Shown in pieces: positions 19,081-28,787 of a DNA stretch of 62,952 nt. This stretch comes from Pseudobutyrivibrio sp. GTDB lineage: Bacteria > Bacillota > Clostridia > Lachnospirales > Lachnospiraceae. The translations under genes were made by a program, and so were the position numbers. The stretch covers positions 1 to 62,952 of the forward strand of contig JAILAV010000037.1 of assembly GCA_024681435.1 (NCBI GenBank), given 5' to 3'. Under the pieces are notes generated by a model. The model was not told where the DNA came from and did not search any database. It saw only the letters and a program-made list of their open reading frames with translations. Positions within the stretch are counted from its first letter, which is position 1; every line of letters starts with the position of its first letter.

Positions 19081-20208
19081 TTATTTTGCGTATGTTTTGT
19101 AGATATCTACGTGGTCATAGATGCAGCGCCAAGAGCTTGAGGATTTTGCCGTGCAGCAGATGTATTCTACACCTGATGCTGATGTCATGGAACTTACAGC
19201 ACAGTTTCCAGACTCATCTACGTATCCAGTTTTGGCACCGAGAATCTCTCCACCAATATCTTTATCTTCTATTCTTCTAAGGAACCAGTTAGAAATAGTG
19301 ATTCCATCAGGATTAATGTTTGTTCCAGTAGAGTTGTAAACCTTTGTAGTAAGTACTTCCCTGCAAAGCTCGTTGTCTAGGGCTGCCATCATAATTATAG
19401 ATATGTCATATGGTGTACTGTAATGCTCACTGCTATGGAAACCAACTGGGTTTGTAAAATGAGTGTTAGTTAATCCGAGATTTGCAGCTTCTTCATTCAT
19501 CATTCCAACGAAGGTATCAATATCTCCTGCAACATACATAGCAAGCTGTGCTGCAGCGTCTCCACCCGAAGGTAGAATTGTTCCATAAAACAAATCCTTA
19601 ACTGTAACTTCTTCGTCTTCCACAAATCCAGATGTAGAACCTCCACCAGCATATGAATAATCTATAGCATCGTGGGACATTGTCACAACCTCATCTAATT
19701 GTTCAGCAGAAATATGTTTTGCTGCAACAAGAACCGTCATAACCTTTGTCATTGATGCTGGAACAATTTTTTCATTGGCATTTCTTTTACCAACTATTTC
19801 TTTGGTGTCATTATTAATCAATATGGCATATTCGCTAACAACTTCTCCACCGATTTCAACTGTAGACTCTGTTTCTTTTGCAGAATAGTTGCCTGATGCC
19901 TGCTTTGTTTCTTCAGGTTCCTTTTCCTCCTCTGCTGGTTCTTGAGCCTCAGTCTTAGCAGCAGAAATCTTTAATCCCGTGGACTCTTCTGCAGAACCCT
20001 TCTCTTTATCAGCCTGAGTTTCTTCTGCCGCAAGGGTGAGTGTATCATCATTAGATTTAAAATGGGATATTATTAGACCTCCTACAACGATTATTGCAAG
20101 AGTTATAACAGTTATTTCAGCGTATACCTGTATTTTACGAATGAGCTTTTTGCGCCTACGATAGGCTCTTCGCTCATAGTCGGACATATTTCTTCTATAT
20201 CTTGACAT
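19081..20208 (-). CDS. D-alanyl-D-alanine carboxypeptidase (peptidase S11), N-terminal TM anchor
   Basis: PASMTK, THFTNPVG, KTG; likely start ATG 20208 behind GGAG. Confidence 0.9.
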   Translation of the reverse strand: MSRYRRNMSDYERRAYRRRKKLIRKIQVYAEITVITLAIIVVGGLIISHFKSNDDTLTLAAEETQADKEKGSAEESTGLKISAAKTEAQEPAEEEKEPEETKQASGNYSAKETESTVEIGGEVVSEYAILINNDTKEIVGKRNANEKIVPASMTKVMTVLVAAKHISAEQLDEVVTMSHDAIDYSYAGGGSTSGFVEDEEVTVKDLFYGTILPSGGDAAAQLAMYVAGDIDTFVGMMNEEAANLGLTNTHFTNPVGFHSSEHYSTPYDISIIMMAALDNELCREVLTTKVYNSTGTNINPDGITISNWFLRRIEDKDIGGEILGAKTGYVDESGNCAVSSMTSASGVEYICCTAKSSSSWRCIYDHVDIYKTYAK

Positions 20209-20241
20209 AATATTACTCTCCACTCCCTGTATATGAGAATA

Positions 20242-20270
20242 ATTCTAGCATGCCATTTGGCACCATTCAA
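20242..20270 (-). promoter_or_regulatory. Sigma-A promoter for the carboxypeptidase
   Basis: TTGAAT-17bp-TAGAAT with TG extension. Confidence 0.6.
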
Positions 20271-20300
20271 TTCAGAACGAAATTTCTGTTAAATATAACG

Positions 20301-20330
20301 AAAGGGCGATAGAAAATCTATCGCCCCAAA
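20301..20330 (-). terminator. Terminator after the MCP gene
   Basis: GGGCGATAGA/TCTATCGCCC hairpin followed by TTT. Confidence 0.65.
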
Positions 20331-20352
20331 AATCATAAACAAGTAAAAACAA

Positions 20353-22440
20353 TTATTTTGCAGTATCAATTTGATTTGTATCAATTGTAAATCTAACCAA
20401 ATTGCTATTAATTGTATCAACTGCATCAGATACATTTGTTGCAGCCTTAGCAACTGTTTCACTAGATTCAGCAACACCCTTTGATGCTTCTGTAACCATT
20501 TCTACATTAGAAGCAATCTCCTGAGTTGCAGCTGACTGCTCTTCTGAAACTGACGCCATATTTGTAGCAACATCATTTACCTTGCGCATCTGATCTGCCA
20601 TATCATTAAGAGTTACAGTAGCACTGTTAAGCTCTCTTGTAATTTCAGAGAATGTATCAGCGGCATTATTAATTGAAGATGCACTATTGTTAATAAGTTC
20701 TGAGTTAGCTGCTGATTTCTCAGAAAGGTCTTTAACTCTGTCTGACATTTCTTTAATAATATCAACAATCTGGTTTGTAGCTTCTGCGGAATTATTAGCA
20801 AGGGCACCGATTTCAGTAGCTACAACAGCAAATCCACGACCAGCCTCTCCTGCTCTAGCAGCCTCAATAGAAGCGTTAAGAGAAAGTAAGTTAGTCTGTG
20901 AAGATATTGAATTAATCATATCAACAATTTGAGTAATCTGCTGAGCTGCATCATCAACACTATTAACAGCATCAGACATATCATTCATAGAATCTACAAT
21001 ATGATTCATTCCAGCGGCCACTTCTTCCATATCCTTTTGACCAATATCAGCCTTTTGAACTAAAGCATTCATAGTCTGCTCAATTTGTTCTTCTTCTGTT
21101 GTAACATCAGAAATAGTCTGTGCAAGAGTTGTTGCATTTTCAGCAACTTCTGTTACAGCATCTGCCATGTCATCAATATTACTTCTAATCTGATCCATAG
21201 ATGCAGACTGCTCTGTAGCAGCATGCTCAAGTGTCTCAGCAGTATCCTTCGAATTCTGAGCATCCTCAATAAGTCTCTCTGAAACAGATTTAATCTCACT
21301 TAAGCTATCTCTCATTCCTGAAATGAAATCACCCATTGCAGAATTCATGAAAGCTATTTCGTCATTACCCTTTGATTGAATCTCAACAGTAAAATCACCA
21401 CCAGCAATCTTTTCAATATTATCTGTAAGTGTTGTAACAGGCTTTTTAATCATGTTAGAAAGAACTCTAACCATAATGAGAATAACAATTACAACTGCCA
21501 CTACAGTAAATGCGATAAGAATTACAATAATTCTAATCAGTGCAGCTAAAACCTCAGACTGCTTTGCATAAACGATAATCTTCCAATCTGTACCTTCAAC
21601 AGTAGAAGAAACCATATAATAATTTGAACCAGCCTTAACTGATTTTACAACGTTATCCTCTGATCTCAAAAACTGCGAAACTCCAGATAAAAACTTATCA
21701 GATGAATAATCAGCAATGTTAGAACCGCAGATTGATGTATCTTTGTAAGAAAGAATCTGACCATCACCTGCCACCATGATACATCCGCCAGTCTTGTAAA
21801 GCTTGACGTTATTTAATGTCTCCTGAACCTTTGTAAGAGTAAGATCAGAAGAAAATGCACCCTGTCTTCCATCCTTAAGATTAACATGTCGAACAACTGT
21901 AGATATTAAATCGCCTGTAGCCTCATCAAAATATGGCTGTCCACTAAAATAGAACCATGAATCATTATGAGACATTGCTTCTTTATACCAATCTTTTTCA
22001 GCAACAATATAATCAGAATCTGGTACCCAGCCAGATGGATCAATAAATTCGCCTCTATTTGTACCTATATAGGCACCAAGTGGAATTAAATCATAGCGAT
22101 TAATTGTCTGTGACAAATAATCAATAAGCTGTGAATCATCCTCAAAATTAAGCTTTTCAACAGAATCCGCCATTCCGTTTAAATAGTAAAAAATAGAATT
22201 TAACTCTCTATTAACCATTCCTGCATCAACAGAAACTTCATTAGCTAGGGAAGAATCAATAAGATTCTTTACCATGCCATAACCCAAACCAATAATTATA
22301 CCCTCCGCAAAAAGAGTACTAACAACTAAAAGAAGCGCAAATAAAACTGTCAGCTTCTTACTAATCGCTTTTGGAGAAGGACCACCTTTCAGTTCTCTCT
22401 TTTTCTTTGCTTTTGTTTTTTTCTCAATATTATCTTCCAT
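20353..22440 (-). CDS. Methyl-accepting chemotaxis protein (Cache-HAMP-signalling domain)
   Basis: Two TM, Cache-like WY..A...[35 protein letters not shown]. Confidence 0.96.
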   Translation of the reverse strand: MEDNIEKKTKAKKKRELKGGPSPKAISKKLTVLFALLLVVSTLFAEGIIIGLGYGMVKNLIDSSLANEVSVDAGMVNRELNSIFYYLNGMADSVEKLNFEDDSQLIDYLSQTINRYDLIPLGAYIGTNRGEFIDPSGWVPDSDYIVAEKDWYKEAMSHNDSWFYFSGQPYFDEATGDLISTVVRHVNLKDGRQGAFSSDLTLTKVQETLNNVKLYKTGGCIMVAGDGQILSYKDTSICGSNIADYSSDKFLSGVSQFLRSEDNVVKSVKAGSNYYMVSSTVEGTDWKIIVYAKQSEVLAALIRIIVILIAFTVVAVVIVILIMVRVLSNMIKKPVTTLTDNIEKIAGGDFTVEIQSKGNDEIAFMNSAMGDFISGMRDSLSEIKSVSERLIEDAQNSKDTAETLEHAATEQSASMDQIRSNIDDMADAVTEVAENATTLAQTISDVTTEEEQIEQTMNALVQKADIGQKDMEEVAAGMNHIVDSMNDMSDAVNSVDDAAQQITQIVDMINSISSQTNLLSLNASIEAARAGEAGRGFAVVATEIGALANNSAEATNQIVDIIKEMSDRVKDLSEKSAANSELINNSASSINNAADTFSEITRELNSATVTLNDMADQMRKVNDVATNMASVSEEQSAATQEIASNVEMVTEASKGVAESSETVAKAATNVSDAVDTINSNLVRFTIDTNQIDTAK

Positions 22441-22511
22441 TTCTTTCCTCCATTAAGAAATTATATAAAGCCTTTAGGCTAAATATAGGCTAATTATGTG
22501 AAAAATAAATG

Positions 22512-22534
22512 AAAAAAGAGACTTGACGCCTCTT
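22512..22534 (-). terminator. Terminator-like hairpin in the MCP leader
   Basis: - strand AAGAGGC-GTCAA-GTCTCTT followed by TTTT. Confidence 0.5.
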
Positions 22535-22605
22535 GTTTCTTAAACCTAAGTTTAATATTGCCCGTTAATATTTTATCACAAATAAGAATAAATAAAAGAG
22601 CAAAA

Positions 22606-22632
22606 TAAAAAAGGAAGCTAATGCTTCCTTTA
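22606..22632 (-). terminator. tmRNA terminator
   Basis: AAGGAAGC-ATTA-GCTTCCTT followed by a T-run, directly after the tmRNA 3' end. Confidence 0.75.
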
Positions 22633-22635
22633 AAG

Positions 22636-22974
22636 TGGACTAGATGGGAGTCGAACCCATGTCCAAAAGCCAATTCCCGGCCCTTCTACGAGTGTAGTTT
22701 GTAATTTTACATTCCCTCTGCACAGCTCTTACAAACAAGATATATGCTTTAGTAGCTTCATGATACGCCCACTATCGCAAAGCTTTGATAGCGTCGTTTC
22801 CTACAAAGTCGAAGTCTGGGTCCTAAGATGTAGGTGTCCTAGGTCAGACTGCCGCAACTAGGCAGCGTAAGCTAAATTTTCGTTAGCGTTTAATTTTAAG
22901 TTTGGCCATTTAACCCATCGCCATGGGACTCGCTTCTTCCGCTGCATGACCCCTGTCGAAACCATGACTAGCCC
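22636..22974 (-). ncRNA. ssrA: Transfer-messenger RNA; tag peptide ANENLAYAA (22887-22858)
   Basis: 5' GGGCTAG pairs with 3' CTAGTCC-A including G3.U; 5' GGTTTCGAC; T-arm GGGTTCGACTCCC; resume codon GCT after TTAAAC; near smpB. Confidence 0.96.
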
Positions 22975-22977
22975 ATA

Positions 22978-23078
22978 TCTATTTTTTACCGAAGACATGT
23001 AATGTCTGAAGGGAAAAAGTAGATCTTTCTTCCATAGAACTTAGTAAACATTTATGTTTACTTAGTGAGAGGGAAGAA
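22978..23078. repeat. Two tandem imperfect hairpins between maf and tmRNA
   Basis: TCTATTTTTT..AGACAT-GTA-ATGTCT..AAAAAGTAGA and TTCTTCC..AGTAAACAT-TT-ATGTTTACT..GGAAGAA. Confidence 0.6.
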
Positions 23079-23084
23079 TTCCAG

Positions 23085-23636
23085 TTACCAAGTATATAGC
23101 ACTCTATACACCTTTGCAAGTGGCAATCCAACTACATTGTTATAATCACCCTTTATTTCTTTAACCAGGACAGCTCCCTTGCCCTGGATTCCATAAGCTC
23201 CAGCTTTATCCATCGGCTCCTTGGTGGCTACATATTTATGAATTAGCTCATCTGAGTTCTCATACATAACAACCTCTGTGCACTCGGCAAAGGATTTTAT
23301 AGAACCGTCCTCAGAAATAATTGTAACTCCTGTGTAAACCTGATGAGACTTTCCAGACAATGCCTTTAACATATTAAAAGCATCATTTTCGTCAGCTGGT
23401 TTACCAAGTATTTTGCCATCACATGCAACAACTGTATCGGCAGCTAAAACAACCCTACCAGGATTATCCTTTGCAACAGCCCTAGCCTTTAATTGGCTAA
23501 GTTCAATAACCACTTCATCAGGATTTGTCTTAGTTGTTATCTCTTCTACATCGGCTGATTTAACCTCAAAATCAACTCCAGCTTGTGTAAGTAGCTCTTT
23601 TCTTCTAGGTGAATTTGATGCAAGTATAATCTTCAT
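23085..23636 (-). CDS. maf: Maf-family nucleotide pyrophosphatase
   Basis: ILASNSPRRKELL, ADTVV, GKP, DKAGAYGIQG, NVVGLP. Confidence 0.95.
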   Translation of the reverse strand: MKIILASNSPRRKELLTQAGVDFEVKSADVEEITTKTNPDEVVIELSQLKARAVAKDNPGRVVLAADTVVACDGKILGKPADENDAFNMLKALSGKSHQVYTGVTIISEDGSIKSFAECTEVVMYENSDELIHKYVATKEPMDKAGAYGIQGKGAVLVKEIKGDYNNVVGLPLAKVYRVLYTW

Positions 23637-24103
23637 TATCCTAAATTCCTTATCTTAAAGTCTCTCTCAGCCTCGCGCTTCATATCTTTCTTTTGTATAT
23701 CAGCTCTCTTATCATAGAGCTTCTTACCTTTTGCAAGCGCAACCCTAACCTTTACAAGTCCGTTGTTCAGATAAACCTCTATAGGAACTATTGTGTATCC
23801 TGTCTCCTTTATTTTACTTAGAAGACGATTAATCTCAGCTTTATGAAGCAATAACTTACGTGGTCTAAGAGGATCACGATTAAAGATGTTACCCTTTTCA
23901 TATGGATTTACATGCATCTGATAGATAAACATCTCACCGTTATCAATACGAACAAAAGCCTCTTTGATTGAGCACTGGCCCATTCGCATTGATTTTACCT
24001 CAGTTCCATGAAGTTCTATGCCTGCCTCATATTCCTCTTCTAAGAAATACTCGTGATATGCTTTTTTATTATTAGCAATAAGTTTGCGTCCTTCTTTGTT
24101 CAT
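23636..24103 (-). CDS. smpB: SsrA-binding protein
   Basis: [36 protein letters not shown]. Confidence 0.98.
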   Translation of the reverse strand: MNKEGRKLIANNKKAYHEYFLEEEYEAGIELHGTEVKSMRMGQCSIKEAFVRIDNGEMFIYQMHVNPYEKGNIFNRDPLRPRKLLLHKAEINRLLSKIKETGYTIVPIEVYLNNGLVKVRVALAKGKKLYDKRADIQKKDMKREAERDFKIRNLG

Positions 24104-24105
24104 TA

Positions 24106-26361
24106 TTAAAACCTCTGAAATTCTTCTAGTATGAAATCGATAGTACGAGCCTGTTCATCCACAGAATCCAAGATAACAGTAACTGGCTGTCCCAGCTTAA
24201 ATGTTCGTCCTGTACGCTCTCCCACAAGAGTAATATTATCCTCTATGAAATCATAGTGGTCATCGTAGAGAGTGGATACGTGTACAAGTCCTTCTACAGT
24301 ATTATTAAGCTCGACATACATTCCCCATGCTGTGATAGATGAAATAGAGCCCTCAAACTGCTGTCCAATATACTCTTTCATATACTGAACCATCTTTAAC
24401 TTATCTACTTCACGCTCGCATTCTTCTGCTCTACGCTCTAGCTTACTTGTCTCAATAGCAACCTGTGGAAGAATTGACTCATAATGAGAAATCTTTCTAT
24501 CATTCATTCTTCCTCTAAGATGATCCTTAATTATACGATGAATCTGTAAATCAGGATATCTACGTATAGGCGAAGTAAAATGACAATAATACTGAGCAGC
24601 AAGACCAAAATGGCCCTTACATTCAGTATCATATTTAGCCTGTTGCATACTGCGAAGTGTCATTTTTGTAATGACAGCTTCATCCTCATGTCCTTTGAGA
24701 GATTCAAGCATTTTTTGAATCTCCTTAGGATGGATGCTGTCCTTATTTCCCTTTAGGGAATAACCACATGCACCAAGGAATTTACCTAAAGTCTGCATCT
24801 TCTCTGGATCAGGTGCACCGTGGACACGATACACAAAAGGTGACTCCATTAAGTTAAAATGCTCTGCAACAGTTTCATTTGCAGCAAGCATGAAATCTTC
24901 AATTAATTTATGAGCATCATTTCTTTCGTAAGGAGCAAGTCCAACCACCTTACCATTTTCATCTATCAATATATGAGTCTCAGGAAAATCAAAATCAATC
25001 GAACCACGCTTATGTCTTTTAGCTCTAAGGATTTGTGAGAGCTTATACATACCATCAATCATTTCAGCAATATCAGAGTATTCCTCTCTCTTAGCCTCGT
25101 CTCCAGTCATAATGGCGTAGACATCAGTGTATGTCATTCTGTGATTGCTATGAATAACAGATTCACATATTTCATGATCAATCAATTCGCCTTTTAAATT
25201 AAACGTCATAATACAAGAAAGCGCAAGTCTGTTCTCTCCCTCATTCAAGGAACACATTCCGTTAGATAAAGTGTGAGGAAGCATTGGGATAACTCTATCC
25301 GCTAAATATACAGATGTACCTCTCTTTAAAGCCTCAACATCTAGAGCTGATGATTCCTGAACATAATTTGTAACATCCGCAATATGAACACCTAAAATAT
25401 AATTATCTCCATTCATCTGAAGGGAAACACCATCATCAATATCCTTAGTATCTTCCCCATCAATTGTGATAACCACTAGGTCTCTCAAATCATTTCTACC
25501 TGCCATGTCAGCCTCTGATACAGGCTTTGCCACGTTGCTAGCTTGCTTAAGTACCTTATCAGGAAACTCTGTATCAATTCCAAAACCTCTGACAATAGAG
25601 AGAATATCAACTCCTGGATCATTTTTATGACCTAAAATTTCTGTGATAATTCCTTCTGGCTTGTGGCTGTCATCGCCGTAATCCTCAATATGACAAACCA
25701 CCTTGTGACCAGAAACAGCTCCCATATCTTTGCCAGCTGGAATAAAAATATCTCTATCTAGTTTATTACTATCTGCAACAACAAAACCAAATCCAGGATT
25801 CTTTTCATAAGTACCAACAACATCGGAAAATCCATGAGTTACAATTCTGATGACCTTGGCCTCCTGACGTTTACCAGGTGCGCCAAATGTAAGAACAGCA
25901 GCAACAATATCATCCTGCATTGCAAAGCCAGTATTATCACGAGAAACAAAATAATCCTCCTCCTGGCCTTCAACTTCGATAAAGCCATAGCCGTCCTTAT
26001 GAGAGACGAAACGACCAATAATATCTGGCTCTATATCCACATTTTTAGGCTTATTAGCATTCTTAGCAACAGCATTTAATGACTGCTTCTTAGTAGCAAC
26101 CTCAGCCTTAGTAGACTTTTTCTTTTTATGATCTTTTACTTTTATGAATGTTGGACGCTTTTCAGGGATCTGATATTTACCACGTTTGGTAATCTCAACC
26201 TGTCCTTCTTCAACAAGTTCTGCCAGAACTGCTCCAAACTCATTTCTTTTATCCTTTTCAACATCAAGAAGAATCTCAAGTTCCTTCTTCTTCATTGGAA
26301 CATAAGCCTGACTTTTAAATACGTCCATCAGAAAATGCTTCTGCTTATCGAATTCTTTCAT
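24106..26361 (-). CDS. rnr: Ribonuclease R
   Basis: [30 protein letters not shown]-terminal S1; start ATG 26361 behind AGGAGG. Confidence 0.96.
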   Translation of the reverse strand: MKEFDKQKHFLMDVFKSQAYVPMKKKELEILLDVEKDKRNEFGAVLAELVEEGQVEITKRGKYQIPEKRPTFIKVKDHKKKKSTKAEVATKKQSLNAVAKNANKPKNVDIEPDIIGRFVSHKDGYGFIEVEGQEEDYFVSRDNTGFAMQDDIVAAVLTFGAPGKRQEAKVIRIVTHGFSDVVGTYEKNPGFGFVVADSNKLDRDIFIPAGKDMGAVSGHKVVCHIEDYGDDSHKPEGIITEILGHKNDPGVDILSIVRGFGIDTEFPDKVLKQASNVAKPVSEADMAGRNDLRDLVVITIDGEDTKDIDDGVSLQMNGDNYILGVHIADVTNYVQESSALDVEALKRGTSVYLADRVIPMLPHTLSNGMCSLNEGENRLALSCIMTFNLKGELIDHEICESVIHSNHRMTYTDVYAIMTGDEAKREEYSDIAEMIDGMYKLSQILRAKRHKRGSIDFDFPETHILIDENGKVVGLAPYERNDAHKLIEDFMLAANETVAEHFNLMESPFVYRVHGAPDPEKMQTLGKFLGACGYSLKGNKDSIHPKEIQKMLESLKGHEDEAVITKMTLRSMQQAKYDTECKGHFGLAAQYYCHFTSPIRRYPDLQIHRIIKDHLRGRMNDRKISHYESILPQVAIETSKLERRAEECEREVDKLKMVQYMKEYIGQQFEGSISSITAWGMYVELNNTVEGLVHVSTLYDDHYDFIEDNITLVGERTGRTFKLGQPVTVILDSVDEQARTIDFILEEFQRF

Positions 26362-26415
26362 AAACCTCCTATAAAACAAATGCCACCCCAAAGGGTGGCA
26401 TAACTAAAATCATTC

Positions 26416-26658
26416 CTAAAAACTTCCAATATTAAGAACTGCAGAAAGTATAAAGAATAAAACGACACATACGCTTGTAAGCTTAACAAGAAGTCCTTCA
26501 CGTGAACGACCTTTATTACGGCTCCAATATGAATCAAATTGCTGTCCTGATAATGAACCAAGACCATTCTGCTTTCCTTCCTGGAAAAGAATAATTACTG
26601 TAAGCGCCACACAAATAGCGATTAATAAAAAAATAAGAACTATTTTTAATGCTTGCAT
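26416..26658 (-). CDS. secG: Preprotein translocase subunit SecG
   Basis: Two TM, QEGK..GLGSLSG; secG-rnr-smpB synteny. Confidence 0.92.
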   Translation of the reverse strand: MQALKIVLIFLLIAICVALTVIILFQEGKQNGLGSLSGQQFDSYWSRNKGRSREGLLVKLTSVCVVLFFILSAVLNIGSF

Positions 26659-26715
26659 AATGCCTCCCATTTAGGCTAAATCTAAAGTTATTATTACGTC
26701 TATCGCAACATTTGA

Positions 26716-26744
26716 AGTATAGCATAGCAAAACCGCTATTTCAA
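26716..26744 (-). promoter_or_regulatory. Sigma-A promoter of the secG-rnr-smpB operon
   Basis: TTGAAA-17bp-TATACT with TG extension. Confidence 0.7.
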
Positions 26745-26760
26745 CCCTTCTGCAACACTT

Positions 26761-27285
26761 TTATACCCCTGCGTCAAAATTCATTCCTGCCAGCATTCCT
26801 GCATCAGCTGCTTTTCTATCCTTTTGATAAGGATTGTCCTCATTAGGATATTTAATCTGTGTTGTTGTGGTTCCTCCAGATACATAAGTCCTTCCACACT
26901 CTGGACAAATAGCTGTGTGAATAGAAACTGATGCGTTTAAAACTTTACCACCAGCTTCCTTAGCCTTATCGTAAGCATTAGCTACATGCTCCTGCTCATG
27001 GCCTCGCACTCTGGCAGCAGCTGCATTAGGCGATATATGCTGAGCAGATTTAAAAGAAACTTCTTCATCGCTACCGTCCTGATATTTGCGATTAGCGCAG
27101 GTCTCACACTCAATAACACCAGCTCGTTTAGCAGCCTTCTCAGAAGTAAACCCTTTGGCAGCTGCTACATTACCACCTTCTGCTTTTATCTTCTTAGCCA
27201 CTTCCTCAGTGCCTGGATTTGTATATACATTATTTAGATTTGAATATGCTGATATACCAGCTCCAACTGAACTTACACCTATCAT
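26761..27285 (-). CDS. Hypothetical protein with CxxC, HExxH and CxxC motifs (SprA-related-like)
   Basis: CETC, VRGHEQEH, CPECGRTYVSGG. Confidence 0.7.
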   Translation of the reverse strand: MIGVSSVGAGISAYSNLNNVYTNPGTEEVAKKIKAEGGNVAAAKGFTSEKAAKRAGVIECETCANRKYQDGSDEEVSFKSAQHISPNAAAARVRGHEQEHVANAYDKAKEAGGKVLNASVSIHTAICPECGRTYVSGGTTTTQIKYPNEDNPYQKDRKAADAGMLAGMNFDAGV

Positions 27286-27418
27286 ATTTTTACCTTTAAT
27301 AAAGCATACTACATTATCATAATATTATCATCAAAATAGGGAGATTTTATGAACATAACTTTCATTTTAGCTTCATGTAGCCTATACTAATTTGTAATAG
27401 TTAAAGGGAGACGGGTAT

Positions 27419-28225
27419 ATGCTTAGTAGATATTTTGTATATTTTATTATATATAGTTTTTTGGGATGGATTTACGAGACAATATATTGCACAGTTCATG
27501 AGAAGACATGGCAAAACAGAGGTTTTTTATACGGTCCATGTATTCCTCTATATGGTGTAGGTGCTACTGTAGCTCAGATTATCTTTGTAGATTTACCTGT
27601 CCCTACATTGCATAATGCATCTTATTTTATAATATTTTTAGTTTGTTCCATTGGCTCTTTCATTTTAGAATACGCAACATCATATGTTCTAGAGAAACGT
27701 TTTAATGCCAGATGGTGGGACTATTCTGAGTTTCCACTAAATATCAACGGACGTGTCTGTCTTATATTCACTTTCTGTTTTGGTATTGCAGGAATAATTG
27801 TTACTCAGTTTTTAGAACCACCAATTATTTTTGTAATTAGCATGATTCCTCAAATAGTAATTGAACTATTAGCTCTACTATTTATGTTTTTGTTCGGTAT
27901 GGATATGGCACTTACAGTTTCAGCACTTACCACTTTCGCTAAGGAATTTGAAAGAATTAACGAGCAGATCAACTCACAGATGGCAGAAAGAATTGCTAAC
28001 CTTCAAACTAGCACTGCGGTCAAATTAGAAAAAATCGAAGAACTTAAAGAACAGCTTTCAACTGAAGCTGTAAAGCAATGGATCGGACGCTCAACTCGCA
28101 CACAGCGCGGTCAGTTCCGTCACATCGCAAAATTCACTCATCCCGTAGCCTCAACTAAGTCACTGCTTAATAAGGGATCCCAATTCCTCCGTAACCGAAA
28201 ATATAGGTCAGAGGATAAATCATAA
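27419..28225 (+). CDS. Putative ABC transporter permease-like membrane protein (CmpB/DUF1113 type)
   Basis: YSFLGWIYE, NRGFLYGP, RWWDYS..PLNINGRVCL. Confidence 0.85.
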   Translation: MLSRYFVYFIIYSFLGWIYETIYCTVHEKTWQNRGFLYGPCIPLYGVGATVAQIIFVDLPVPTLHNASYFIIFLVCSIGSFILEYATSYVLEKRFNARWWDYSEFPLNINGRVCLIFTFCFGIAGIIVTQFLEPPIIFVISMIPQIVIELLALLFMFLFGMDMALTVSALTTFAKEFERINEQINSQMAERIANLQTSTAVKLEKIEELKEQLSTEAVKQWIGRSTRTQRGQFRHIAKFTHPVASTKSLLNKGSQFLRNRKYRSEDKS

Positions 28226-28266
28226 TCGTAAAGAAAAGACTAAGTAAATAAACATGAAAATAAAAT

Positions 28267-28359
28267 GGACCTCGGTAGCCATCAAGCTCTATAATTTCTA
28301 AAGCGAAGCTTTCTATGCTGAGCGTAGAAATAATAGGCTTGTAGGCGTAACCGAGGTCC
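28267..28359 (+). repeat. Dispersed hairpin repeat, copy A
   Basis: Outer stem GGACCTCGG/CCGAGGTCC; GTAGCCATCAAGC...GCTTGTAGGCGTAAC; 24-nt core AAGCGAAGCTTTCTATGCTGAGCG (28301-28324) identical to 51408-51431. Confidence 0.85.
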
Positions 28360-28377
28360 TTCATTAATTACATGATA

Positions 28378-28680
28378 TTACTTAGATTTTTCTTCTGCCT
28401 TAATTGCATCCTCAGGTTTTTCAACCTGTGCAATTGCGTTCTTTGTCATAGGGATACGACAGTTTTTGTTGCTTCCGAACTCTACGATAACTGTATCATC
28501 CTGAATAGCAATGATAACACCGTAAAAACCACTTGTAGTAAGAACTGTATCACCGATTGCAAGAGCTGACATCATAGCTGTCTTTTCCTTCTGCTCTTTC
28601 TGCTGTGGGCGAATCATGAAAAAGTACATGAATGCAAAAAGCACTACGACCCAAATAACTAAGCTAATTGAACTATCCAT
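28378..28680 (-). CDS. yajC: Preprotein translocase subunit YajC
   Basis: FMIRPQQK, GDTVLTTSGFYG; follows tgt. Confidence 0.95.
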   Translation of the reverse strand: MDSSISLVIWVVVLFAFMYFFMIRPQQKEQKEKTAMMSALAIGDTVLTTSGFYGVIIAIQDDTVIVEFGSNKNCRIPMTKNAIAQVEKPEDAIKAEEKSK

Positions 28681-28726
28681 TAAATTATTCCTCCTAATAT
28701 CGACTGTTTACCAGTCACTGTATGAT

Positions 28727-28755
28727 ATTTTACCTAAATACAATAGCTGGCGCAA
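28727..28755 (-). promoter_or_regulatory. Sigma-A promoter for yajC
   Basis: TTGCGC-17bp-TAAAAT. Confidence 0.55.
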
Positions 28756-28787
28756 GATATATAAACCATTTTATATATTTTTAAGAT

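Noticed and set aside
20273-20288. LexA-like CAGAACGAAATTTCTG; also GAAC-N6-GTTC near 567-580
   Set aside because: Mismatch in the core or wrong spacing versus GAAC-N4-GTTC, and the adjacent genes are not SOS-type.
22441-22570. c-di-GMP riboswitch upstream of the MCP gene (GGGCAA seen)
   Set aside because: Lacks the GGCAAA-stem-GAAA-stem-GACGCAAAGC arrangement; kept only as a possible leader.
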